This document shows positions 11,830 through 22,951 of a DNA stretch of 22,964 nucleotides, piece by piece. The DNA lies in assembly GCF_006345805.1 (NCBI RefSeq), contig NW_021824914.1:1-22964 (forward strand), given 5' to 3'. Both the position numbers and the translations under genes were made by a program. Position 1 is the stretch's first letter. Each line of letters starts with the position of its first letter. Below the pieces are notes generated by a model. That model was not told where the DNA came from, did no database searches, and saw only the letters and a list, made by a program, of their open reading frames with translations. This stretch comes from Octopus sinensis (Eukaryota).

Positions 11830-12293
11830 TTGTTTGCGTGTGTGCACGAGTATATGCTTACAATTTAGTTCTCAATTCATCAATAGGCGACGAGAGAGAA
11901 ATTGTTTAATCCGTTACTTTAAGAGAATCTCTTTCTCTTTTCCTTCTACTTCTTCACAATAGTTACTGCCATATCTCAACAAACATCACCTCTGCCACAG
12001 CAACGGTATATTCTTATTCCTATGATGTCATCAGCAAATTCTTCTCGCTGGTGACAGTTAAGGTATCGAAAACGGATAATGAAAGATGACTTTGGTCTAA
12101 TGACAGAACGTCTGTCAAGTTTACTGAAAATTTGGACTCCAGTCTCCTGAGCAGCCTTTGTCTTTTTATATATACGAAGGATTTTTCAATACAAGATATA
12201 GATGCCACTTTTTATTGGTTTATCTGCTTCCAAAAAAGACAAATCTATGTGTGTGTTGTGTGTTTCTCTCTCCCTCTCTCTCTCTCCTATTAT

Positions 12294-12360
<67 letters not shown>

Positions 12361-12362
12361 GT

Positions 12363-12411
<49 letters not shown>

Positions 12412-12412
<1 letters not shown>

Positions 12413-12768
12413 CTCTTTTACTCTTTTATTCTTGTAAGCCGGGACTATTCTTTGTAAGCCCAGTACTTATTCTATCGGTCTATTTTTGCCGAATCGCTAA
12501 GTGACGGGGACATAAACACACAAGCATCGGTTGTCAAGCAATGCTAGGGGGACAAACACAAACACACAAACACACACACATACATATATATATATACATA
12601 TATACGACGGACTTCTTTCAGTTTCCGTCTACCAAATCCACTCACAAGGCTTTGGTCGGCCCGAGGCTATAGTAGAAGACACTTGCCCAAGGTGCCACGC
12701 AGTGGGACTGAACCCGGAACCATGTGGTTGGTAAACAAGCTACTTACCCCACAGCCACTCCTGCGCCT
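12412..12768 (-). mobile_element. tRNA-derived SINE, family A (intact head, tail partly deleted)
   Basis: Head GGCGCAGGAGTGGCTGTG.GGTAAGTAGCTTG on the minus strand; matches the other copies. Confidence 0.9.
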
Positions 12769-12886
12769 ATTGATTATTTATATATATACATATATACATA
12801 TATATATATAATAATAATATAAATAATATATAAATATATGTATATATACATACATATATGTACATACCTACATCTATATGTGTGAA

Positions 12887-13207
12887 GGCGCGTGGCTCAG
12901 TGGTTAGAGCGTCGAGCTTACGATCGTGAGGTTGTGAGCTCGAATCCCGGACCGGGCTGCGTGTTGTGTTCTTGAGCAAGACACTTCATTTCACGTTGCT
13001 CCAGTTCACTCAGCTGTAGAAATGATTTGCGACGTCACAGGTGCCAAGCTGTATCGGCCCTTGCCTTTCCCTTGGACAACATCGGTGACGTGGAGAGGGG
13101 AGGCCGGTATGCATGGGCGACTGCTGGTCTTCCATAAAACAACCTTGCCCAGACTTGTGCCTTAGAGGGTAACTAACCCATGGTCAGTGTCTGACCGAAG
13201 GGGGTCA
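12887..13207 (+). mobile_element. tRNA-derived SINE, family B
   Basis: GGCGCGTGGCTCAGTGGTTAGAGCG (A box), GCTCGAATCCC (B-box-like), then CTTGAGCAAGACACTT body; second copy at 22815-22951. Confidence 0.85.
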
Positions 13208-13389
13208 CCACATCTATATGTATATATACATGCATATATGGGTACAGGACATAAAAAAAAAACGTTGAACACAATGAGAGACGAAAACATAAAAGCAAAA
13301 ACTATTTTTCAAACAACGGAAAACCAGAGTACACGACACAACACAAGGAATATTCCCTTCTCAGTTGTCTCTGTTTCGCTTACTCGCGT

Positions 13390-13481
<92 letters not shown>

Positions 13482-13844
13482 GTATGTATGTATGTATATG
13501 TTGTGTGGATGTGTTGTTCGTGTGTGCGTGTGTATGTATGCGTGTATATGTGTGCGTGTGTATGTTTATATCCATATCAGAGTTATCCATCTCCTAAATA
13601 ATCAAGAGTAAAGAGCAGCCATTTGACAATGGGGTAAGTTATTCCGCGTCAGACACCATTTCACTAATCACCCGGCGGCAAACGCCATATTTTCTGTTCT
13701 ACAACCCCATGATGGATTCATTCTTCTTTTTGGCAGAAAATCTTATCTTCCGTTTGTATAGTTTCTAGAAAACCACATTCTGGATCAACCGGTTTAGCCA
13801 CTGATGACCCGATCATGCAACAGGTTGTACTCGCTTACATTTTA

Positions 13845-13951
13845 TAAATGTATATGTATGTATGTATTTATGTATATATGCATGTATGTATGTATGTATG
13901 TATGTATGTATGTATGTATGTATGTATGTATGTATGTATGTATGTAGTATG

Positions 13952-13994
<43 letters not shown>

Positions 13995-14242
13995 ACATAT
14001 ATATGTGTGGTAGTTATATATATATATTATATAAATATATATATATATATATAATATATATAATATATATTAATCTAAATAAAAACATGATTCAAGGATA
14101 TATATATACATATGTGCACACATATACATACAAAGATATGTTACATTCAACAAGCAATTCCATGTGTACACACATTATCTATTATTTATATACATATGAT
14201 TATATATACTATATGTGTGTGTGTTGTAACATATATATAGTA

Positions 14243-14275
<33 letters not shown>

Positions 14276-14281
14276 CATAAT

Positions 14282-14320
<39 letters not shown>

Positions 14321-14550
14321 TATTATATATATATATATATATATATTATACAAATATATATGTGTATATATAGATATATATATATATATATATATATCTT
14401 CTGTACATCTTTTATATATATGTTATATATATTTAGTATAGACTATAATCTATAATGAATATAAATATATATATATGTATGTATGTATGTATGTATATAT
14501 AATGCATGCATATACACACACCAACACATACACATATTACTATATATATA
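13845..14550. repeat. (TATG)n/(TA)n microsatellite field
   Basis: Seen directly. Confidence 0.9.
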
Positions 14551-14937
14551 CTAGCAGTATCGCCGGCGTGCTCAGGTTTGTAAGGAAATAACTATAAAGC
14601 ATTTTTAGAGAGTATAGCCAAAAAAATAGCAAAAAACATGGAAAAAAAATGATGGGAAATTTTTTTGAGAGTTAAAAAAGTTGGAGTTGCGTCCCCATGA
14701 CAATTTTGGTTTGTGTTTCTGATTCTCGACCCCATGTCGAATTTATCGGTTTTTTTCAGAACTGGGGGGAACTTTTCAAAATTTTCGCTGCGTTAGTTTT
14801 GAATTACTGACATTGGGCTATGTGTGTGTCAAGTTCATCAGAATCGGTGAATTTGAAAGCCGTGGTCAGGGTGAGGGTACAAGCAAACAGACACACAGAA
14901 ACACGCACAGACAAAATGCCGTTTATATAGAGAGAGA
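14551..14937 (-). mobile_element. Non-autonomous Helitron (Lep1-like architecture)
   Basis: Minus strand starts TC after an A (TCTCTCTCTATATAAA, then a TGTC-type microsatellite) and ends with GC-rich CACGCCGGCG followed by CTAG before a T; no TSD. Confidence 0.75.
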
Positions 14938-15029
14938 TATATGTTCATTATACATATGTATGTAAGCACACATGCTGATTCTGTCACGAACACATAAATA
15001 CATAAATATGCAACGCAAATAGAGATAGC

Positions 15030-15071
<42 letters not shown>

Positions 15072-15769
15072 AGAGGTGGGGAAAGACTGAAAGAGTGATT
15101 ATGTGAAAAAAAGAGAGATGAGTAGCCAGAGAGGGGGAAACAAAAATGTGTGGCGGGAGAGTCGACATCGGTCGATATCGAGTTTAACCTGGTGGAACCC
15201 ATAAAACTTATTAAAACTCAGCTGAAGCATATCTCATATCTCATCAATGTTAATCCATGATGTCAGCCATCTTGGAACCGATCATTATAGAATCGCCTAT
15301 CCCTCCATACTCCTACTCCTCCGCAACACACGCATTGGCACCCTATCCCTGCGATTATTCACCATATTAACTACCACATACAACTATCCTATTATTCAAC
15401 TTCCGGTAACAATCAAAAACATATAGACAGATGGCGTGTAATGTTAACAGGTTCAGTAGTGATATTACTGGCTTCTCTTGCTTTACGGAGACTCTCGTTA
15501 CGGAATCTGCACTTACGGAAATGTTATGTGCGATCACACGTTTCGGAATTCGGTCAGTGATCCTATCCATAGAAAAATTAACAATTTTAAAAACTGAATT
15601 TATGATAGATATATAGGGTGTAGTGAATAAACTGTCGTATAAATTACGCAAAAATGAAAATAACGCTGACATCTCATTTTAACTGATATATTTACCAAAA
15701 TTACACAAAAATATCTTGAAATACTAACGAGTAAATTTTTCAATAAAATCGCCTTTGGCTTTAATCACT

Positions 15770-16068
15770 GTCTCCAGATAATTGATTTTACAGTCCCAAA
15801 TGAAGAAAAAATCAATATGAGAGGTACAGAAAAAATATCAAAGTGCCAGGACCTAGCCATTGAATTACAGAGACTATGGAAAGTGCGGGTAAAATGTATC
15901 CCAGTAGTTATAGGTGCATTAGGGACTGTCCCTAAAGATTTGAAGAAATGGATAAAGGAAATAGGCATAAGACCCAGTTTTGTACAGCTCCAGAAAACAG
16001 TGTTATAAGGGATAGCTAGGATACTTAGAAGGATTTTGGCATCTAAGGTTACTTGTTGTAGTCCGATG
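15770..16068 (+). mobile_element. R4/Dong-like LINE 3' fragment (C-terminus of the restriction-like endonuclease)
   Basis: IIDFTVP..EKISKCQDLAIELQRLW..IPVVIGALG..LQKTVL*GIARILRRIL is the typical C-terminus of RLE-type R4-clade ORFs; in-frame stop present. Confidence 0.85.
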
Positions 16069-16593
16069 TTAGCTTCTGATTTTAACTGATTGGAAGTATT
16101 ATCATGTACATTGTTTTGTCTTGGTATAAAATATGGGCTACAGCAAATATTCTGTTCAGTACCATGGAATTTCTTGTCCATTGTTTGACCGTAACCAGTT
16201 GAGCATGTCCCTTAGTGGCTGACGATGTGTGCATCTCTGACCACGAGCAGAAGTAGTGGGGGAGCATCATAGCCGTGTGCTGAGAGGAATTCTTTGGGGG
16301 TTGGATAATTTACTTCTGGCAAGGTGGGTGTTTCGTTCAACATCCTTAAACACCCTTTATTCAGGGACCTTTAGAGCGGAATGGGTTACTTGACCAGAAG
16401 AAAATTCTAACTGGTCCCCCAGCTGCAAGGTCATGCGCTGTGCATTTTTATATGAGATCACCATGTCGTGCACACATGGTTGTGATGCATGTGCCTAGTG
16501 TACCCTTATCAGACGGGTAGTCATGATGGGTATACTGGGCTTCGTATATTTTACCCCAGTGTCACTTCGATGGCATGCACTGCTCTCTCGTTC
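16069..16593 (+). mobile_element. Long 3' UTR of the Dong-like fragment, or a separate non-autonomous element ending at (AAT)n
   Basis: Non-coding complex sequence running from the RLE fragment to the (AAT)n tract, with several stems near its 3' end. Confidence 0.5.
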
Positions 16594-16632
16594 AATAATA
16601 ATAATAATAATAATAACAACAACAACAACAAC

Positions 16633-16694
<62 letters not shown>

Positions 16695-16712
16695 TAATAA
16701 TAATAATATAAT
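16594..16712. repeat. (AAT)n/(AAC)n tract between two R4/Dong-like fragments
   Basis: Seen directly. Confidence 0.95.
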
Positions 16713-18176
16713 TTGAAACTATGTGAGAAGGATGAGACACAAGTGAGTTCCTTGGTGAATACGGACCACTGTTTTAGTACTGATATTGGAATGGAGTTTG
16801 GACTCAAGTAGTGCAGAATAATCTATTTAAAAAGAGGAAAGGTACAGTCCCAAGTAGGAATAGAATTACCGAATAGAGACTTGATTAAACAAATTGAAAC
16901 AGAAGGCTACAAATACCTTGGTGTACTAGAGTTCAATGTGATAATGGGAAAAGAAATGAAAGATCAACTGAGGGTGGAACATTTCTGAAGACTAAGGTTG
17001 GCATTGCACTCAAAATTGACTGGACGGAATAAAATCCAAGCAGTTAATATGTGGGCGATAGCATCACTTCGGTATGGAGCAGGAATTATAAAATGACAAA
17101 AGGGAGAATTATGAAAAGGGATACCAAGACTAGAAAAATATTGATAGTACACGGAGCCTTCCACCCTAAGAGTCATACCGATAGGCTGTACTTGTCCAAG
17201 AGAAAGGGTGGAAAAAGTCTGATCAGTTGCCAGGATTGTATCGAAGCAGAAGTAAACAGCTCAGGGTGGTATATAAAAAAACGCCGTGGAACCATTGTTG
17301 AAATATACAAAGCAGGCCGGCGTCATCAAAACTGAAAATTGTGTAATGAAAGAAAAATTTAAACAAGAAATGAACAGCAGAAAAAAAAAAAAAAATGTAC
17401 GGTCAGTTTGCAAGAGATGTGAACGCGAAGACAAATATAGAAGACCGGATGAGGAGGAGTGACCTGAAAATAGAGACAGAAGCACTCATTTGCGCACCTC
17501 AAGAACAAGCGTTAAGAACCAACTATGTTAAGTGCAAAATAGACAACACTACCGACAGCGACAAATGCAGAATTAGGTGAGAGGAGTGAAACGGTATGGC
17601 ACATCGTTAGCGAATACCCGAAATTGGTGCAAGTCGAATACAATAGACGCCATGACAATGTGGCAAGAATGATCCATTGGGAGCTCTGTGGAAATCAGGG
17701 CCAACAAAGAGCAAATACATGGTATGAACAAACCCCAGAAGGATTCAACGAAAATGAGAGCTGCAAAATCCTGTGGGATGCAACAATCCAGCGCAATCAC
17801 ATGACCAGATATCGAAAACCGGATATTGCTATAGTGAATAAGAAAGAAAGAAAAAATACCATGCTCCAGTGATAACAGGATCAATATGAAAGAAGAAAAA
17901 CTAAACAACCAGGACGAGTTAAAGGGGGAAATACGAAGAGTTGACGTAATACCAATAGTAATTTGTGCACTTGAACTACCAACATGGCTAAAAAAAGATT
18001 ATGGCAAGTGTTGAAGTAGAAGACCTTCAAAATTCAGCATTGCTTGGAACTGCAAGAATTCTTTACAGGGTTTTTAAAGCATAACCAGTAAACAAGTGTC
18101 CCCTTAGTGCTGCTGGCTGTAGACAGTTGACACTTTCCATCATACCCAACAAAATAAGCCGTGAGTTTTCATCAAA
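16713..18176 (+). mobile_element. R4/Dong-like non-LTR retrotransposon, 5'-truncated and degenerate
   Basis: Starts just after the RT catalytic DD (LKL..DIGMEFGLK..YKYLG..SKLTGRNKIQAVN), then ETEALICAPQEQALRTNY, a zinc-knuckle remnant, RRHDNVARMIHWELC, KILWD..RKPDI (RLE) and LQNSALLGTARIL; many stops and frameshifts. Confidence 0.9.
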
Positions 18177-18382
18177 CCTTTGTACTAAAGGCACAAGCCC
18201 TGAATTTGGGGGGAAGAGGACTAGTAGATTACATTGAAGCCAGTGTTTCACTGGCGCTTACTTTATCGACCCCGAAAGGATGGAAGGTAAAGGCGATTTA
18301 GGCGGAACTTGAACGCAGAACGTAAAGACAGACGAAATGCCGCTAAGCATTTTGTCCGGCGTACTAACAATTCTGCCAGCTC
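18177..18382 (-). mobile_element. tRNA-derived SINE, family C (Deu/Nin-like central domain)
   Basis: Minus strand: GTGAGCTGGCAGAATTGTTAG (A-box-like), GTTCAAGTTCC (B-box-like), CCTTCCATCCTTTCGGGGTCGATAAAGTAAG resembling the Deu/Nin domain; second copy at 18805-19017. Confidence 0.8.
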
Positions 18383-18389
18383 ACAGATA

Positions 18390-18458
18390 AAAATAAATAT
18401 AATAAAAATAATAATAATAATAATATAATGAATAATAATATAATGATGATGATGATGA

Positions 18459-18521
<63 letters not shown>

Positions 18522-18591
18522 AATAATGATATAATATTATTATTCTCATCATCATTCATCATCTCTATTATATTATTATTTTATTATTATA

Positions 18592-18629
<38 letters not shown>

Positions 18630-18739
18630 TATTATTATTATTATTATTATTATTTCAATTTTAGCCCAATAATAATAATAATGATGGTGATGATGATGAT
18701 GATAATAATGATATAATATTATTATTATCATCATCATCA

Positions 18740-18802
<63 letters not shown>

Positions 18803-18805
18803 CAT
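18390..18805. repeat. Compound (AAT)n(GAT)n-(ATC)n(ATT)n tract, duplicated in tandem
   Basis: Seen directly; the unique marker TTTCAA(A)TTTTAGCCCAA occurs at about 18653-18669 and 18805-18822. Confidence 0.85.
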
Positions 18806-19017
18806 TTCAAATTTTAGCCCAAAGCCCGCAAAGTCGGGAGATGGGGTGAGTCGATTACACGAAACCCACTGTTTGACTGGTACTTCTTTCATCGACCCCA
18901 AAATTATGAAAGGCAAAGTCCATGTCGGCGGAATTTGAACTCAAAAATGTAAAGATGAACGAAATGCCACTACGCATTTTACCCGGCGTGCTAACATTTG
19001 TGCCAGCTCACCACCTT
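18805..19017 (-). mobile_element. tRNA-derived SINE, family C
   Basis: Collinear with 18177-18382 (GGTGAGCTGGCACAAATGTTAG..GAGTTCAAATTCC..CCTTTCATAATTTTGGGGTCGATGAA). Confidence 0.8.
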
Positions 19018-19544
19018 AGTAGTAGTAGTAGTAGTAGTAAGTAGTAGCAGCAGCAGCAGCAGCAGTATGAAGATTATTAGTAATACATAATAGCTGATAA
19101 AAAAATGAGGACTTTGATGCGATTGGCTACAGTTGCCGGACACGTGATGCAATGTGAGCATGCTGTGTCATGATGAGATTAATCTTTCCACTTTCATGTC
19201 GGCCATGATGCTATCAATATAACAGACGGCATCATGGCGTCTTTAACCTGATCAATTGAGCTCAGTGGTCGATAACGGAAATGTGCGGTCAGAGTTCAAA
19301 TATGATCTGACGTACTTTCAGTTCATAGCATCTCCTGGTCACGTACACACGCTCAGTCACATAAACATATACATATACACATATTCACATATACACATAC
19401 AAACATACACATAAGTATATACATATACACATGCAAACATACGTGCACACAAATAGATATATGCATACAAATACATAAACGTATACACAATTACATATGT
19501 ACACACGTACGTTCGTACGTATATGCGTGTATGAATATATGTAT

Positions 19545-19577
19545 CTCTGTCTATCTATCTCTCTATATATCTGTCTA

Positions 19578-19648
<71 letters not shown>

Positions 19649-19716
19649 GTCTATCAATCTACTTGTCTGTCTGTCAGTCAGTCTGTATGTCTATCTATCT
19701 ATCTGCCTGTCGTCTG

Positions 19717-19770
<54 letters not shown>

Positions 19771-19777
19771 CATCTAT
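19545..19777. repeat. (TATC)n/(TGTC)n tract
   Basis: Seen directly. Confidence 0.9.
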
Positions 19778-19837
19778 AAGCTCTACTTTGTATTTTGTCC
19801 CCTCGGTGTTCAGCCCTGTGTGGCTAATAAAGATACA
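19778..19837 (+). mobile_element. Tx1-like element copy 3, terminal ~60 bp only
   Basis: AAGCTCTACTTTGTATTTTGTCC..CAGCCCTGTGTGGCTAATAAAGATACA matches the 3' ends of copies 1 and 2; (TATC)n on both sides. Confidence 0.85.
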
Positions 19838-20188
19838 TATCTATCTATCTCTGCATACACATATAAATATTTATACAAATATATATGGGTGTAGATGTAC
19901 ACGTAAGTATATGTGAGTGTGAGAGTGTGTACGCGTGTGAGAGTGTGCATGTATAGATGTATATTTGGTTGTGCATGCGTATATATGTGTTGTTTGTGCG
20001 TGTGTGTATTTGTGTGTGTGTATGTGTGTGCGCGTGAAAACAAATCGCCGTTATCTTACAGCACAGCCTCAATACTACGTAAGATAAAGACATGGGGAGA
20101 AATGTTACTTGATGTTGTTAGGATATAGGGTAATGCAATGACCCAGTCTTCGAAAAATAGGATAATACTACAATTAATGAAACATTGC

Positions 20189-20214
20189 CTTCTATCTCCT
20201 ATCTATATACATTA

Positions 20215-20277
<63 letters not shown>

Positions 20278-20278
20278 A

Positions 20279-20360
<82 letters not shown>

Positions 20361-20365
20361 GTCTG

Positions 20366-20398
<33 letters not shown>
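20189..20398. repeat. (TATC)n tract at the 5' truncation point of Tx1 copy 2
   Basis: Seen directly. Confidence 0.95.
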
Positions 20399-20399
<1 letters not shown>

Positions 20400-21554
20400 A
20401 ATGGGCCGAGAGGAAACTGTCCCTAAAAGGTCGGGCGGAGGTGGTGAACACGTACATCGCGTCCGTCATCTACTACCGCCTGACCGTCGTGCCTTGTCCC
20501 AACCCTACCATCACCAAACTAGAACGCATTCTCTTTCGCTTCTTGTGGAAAGGATGCGTCCCGATGGTCAGGCGAACCTGTACGTCGATGAGGAGTACCT
20601 GACCCGCCTGTTCGGGACGACTTTCGGGCCAGGGCCCATGGACAACTTCCAGAGATCCCTGGCCTGGCAGTGCTACCGAGAAGCGCTACCCGTTCGGGAT
20701 AAGCTCTGCAGACACGGCTCGAGAAACACGGGGCCGACCTGCCCGAGATGCGGTCAGAGCGACAAAACCGTTCTGCACGCACTCGTGCAGTGTCCAACCA
20801 TTTCCGACCTGTGGGCTTATGTCGAACAACTGCTGTCACGTGTGGAACGAGTTGGTTTATCAGCTGAGTCTATCGTCAATATTGTCACGCCTCCTTCCTT
20901 CAAACGGGAAGGAAGAGCTATTTTCATCATCCTTGTGGCTATGGCGAAAGAATGTATCTGGTGGACGCGTCTGAAAGGATTGGAGACAAACACTTTCCTC
21001 TCTGGTCAATCTCTCATCAACTTCTTCAAGTACCACTTGAAAAAGAAAGTGAGAGTAGAGAGGCAAGTTTTGTCTAGTGAATGTTTTAAAAAAAGATGGG
21101 TGAATGTGGCAAGGATGGCACGTATGAATGACGAAGCCACCTTGAGCATAATCCTATGAACCCAGAAATTGAAAACAGAGGGTTACCCACTTGCAAACAA
21201 ATGTGGTAACATATAACAATATTGACCGAGATTACCGTGGTTTTTTTCGTAGGCTTTTCTTCCCACGGATAAACCTTATCTGCTTCCAACCTTTACACCG
21301 TTCATCATGACACTGTGATACACGATCCCTATTGATCGTTTTTTTTCCTCTTCCCCTTTTTTCCTCTTTTTTCTTCTTTTTCTCTTTTTTCTTTTCTTTT
21401 GTTTCGTTTCCTTTTTTTCTTTTTTTTCCTTTTTCCCTTTTACGATCACTTTTGATCGAAAACCTACGCCACTTTTTTTTCATCCCCCAAAAGAAAAGCT
21501 CTACCTTGTAATTTGTCCCATCTGTGTGCAGCCCTGTGTGGCCAATAAAGAAAC

Positions 21555-21555
<1 letters not shown>
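20399..21555 (+). mobile_element. Tx1-like LINE copy 2, 5'-truncated with an internal deletion
   Basis: QWAERKLSLKGRAEVVNTYIASVIYY.., then NLYVDEEYL..CPRCGQSDKTVLHALVQC..ATLSIIL* (stop ends at 21159); nearly identical to copy 1 in ORF2; AATAAA at 21544-21549. Confidence 0.9.
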
Positions 21556-21637
<82 letters not shown>

Positions 21638-21750
21638 AGTCTGTCTTTGTGTGTCAGTGTGTCTGCCTACCGTCTGTCTCACTGTATGTATGCATGTATG
21701 TATGTATGTATGTATGTATGTATGTATGTATGTATGTATGAATCTATGTA
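21556..21750. repeat. (TATC)n then (TATG)n tract after the 3' end of Tx1 copy 2
   Basis: Seen directly. Confidence 0.9.
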
Positions 21751-21759
21751 TGTATGTAT

Positions 21760-22221
21760 GCGCATGTGCTCCTAACCACATGCTTACGGGTTCAATTGCA
21801 CTGCATGGCATATGCATGTATTTATGTTTGTATGTGTATGTCTGTATGTATGTCTGTCTGTATGTATGTATGCATGCATGTATTTATGCATGCATGTGTA
21901 TGTATGTATGTATGTATGTATGTATGTGTGTGTGTGTATGTATGTATGTGTGTGTATGTATGCATGTATGTATGTATATGTGTGTATGTATGTATGCATA
22001 TATCTCTGTGTGTGTCCCTGTGCATGTGCTTGTCCCGCCACCATCTCCTCACAGCCGGTTTTCGTGCGCTTACATCCCCATAACTTAGCAATTCAGCAAA
22101 AGAATCTGATGCAATAAGTACTAGGCTCAAAAATAAGTCCTGGGATCGATTTGATTTACTAACTCCACCCCAGGGTGGTACTCAAGCACTTATTTCAGTC
22201 AAATGACTGAAATAAGTAAAA
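21760..22221 (+). mobile_element. Old degenerate SINE, family A-related
   Basis: Head remnant AACCACATG..GGGTTCAATTGCACTGCATGGCA, an expanded microsatellite, and a tail ending CAGTCAAATGACTGAAATAAGTAAAAG. Confidence 0.7.
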
Positions 22222-22271
22222 GCCTATATATATATATATATATATACAGTGTATATATGCATACATCATAC

Positions 22272-22302
<31 letters not shown>

Positions 22303-22304
22303 AT

Positions 22305-22397
<93 letters not shown>

Positions 22398-22399
<2 letters not shown>

Positions 22400-22786
22400 C
22401 GCAAGAGTGGCTGTGTGGTAAGTAGCTTGTCTACCAACCACATGGTTCCGGGTTCAGTCTCACTGCGTGCACCTGGGTAAGTGTCTTCTACTATAACTCG
22501 GGCTACCAAAGCTTGTGAGTGGATTTGGTAGACGGAACTGAAAGAAGCCCGTCGTATATATGTATATACATATATGCCGTGTGTGTGTTTGTGTATCCCC
22601 TAGCATTGCTTGACAACGGATGCTGGTGTGTTTTATGTCCCCGTCACTTAGCTGTTCGGCAAAAGAGACCGATAGAATAAGTACTGGGCTTACAAAAGAA
22701 TAAGTCCCGGGGTCGAGTTGCTCGATCAAAGGCGGTGCTCCAGCATGGCCGTAGTCAAATGAATGAAACAATTAAAGAATAAAGAG
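22398..22786 (+). mobile_element. tRNA-derived SINE, family A (near full length)
   Basis: GGCGCAAGAGTGGCTGTGTGGTAAGTAGCTTG..GGTTCAGTCTC, internal microsatellite, then GGCGGTGCTCCAGCATGGCCG tail. Confidence 0.9.
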
Positions 22787-22814
22787 TATATGTGTGCGTA
22801 TGTTTGTGTGTGAA

Positions 22815-22951
22815 GGCGCATAGCTCAGTGGCTAGAGTGTCGAGCTTACGATCGTGAGCTTGTGATTTCGATTCCCTTGGATTACATCGGAAGCCCGAAA
22901 AGGGGAGGCTGGTATGCATGGGTGAATGTTGGTCTTCTATAAAAACAACCC
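22815..22951 (+). mobile_element. tRNA-derived SINE, family B, internally deleted
   Basis: Head matches about 12887-12947, then jumps to TTCCCTTGG..ACATCGG..GGGGAGGC.GGTATGCATGGG. Confidence 0.8.

Noticed and set aside
12020-12208. 62-aa minus-strand ORF in unique sequence
   Set aside because: Short, with no recognisable motif or clear splice signals.
12887-12960. tRNA gene
   Set aside because: Has A/B boxes but runs on into a SINE body with a second copy at 22815; no convincing acceptor stem.
13240-13393. Possible Penelope terminal-repeat or hammerhead remnant (minus strand CGAAAC..CTGAGAAG)
   Set aside because: The core is incomplete and the stems cannot be built; too weak to call.
13737-13850. 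Possible small exon after a pyrimidine tract and AG
   Set aside because: No strong donor site and no recognisable peptide.
20185-21159. 324-aa ORF as a real protein
   Set aside because: Chimera of (TATC)n translation, an out-of-frame Tx1 segment and, after the deletion junction, the true ORF2 C-terminus.
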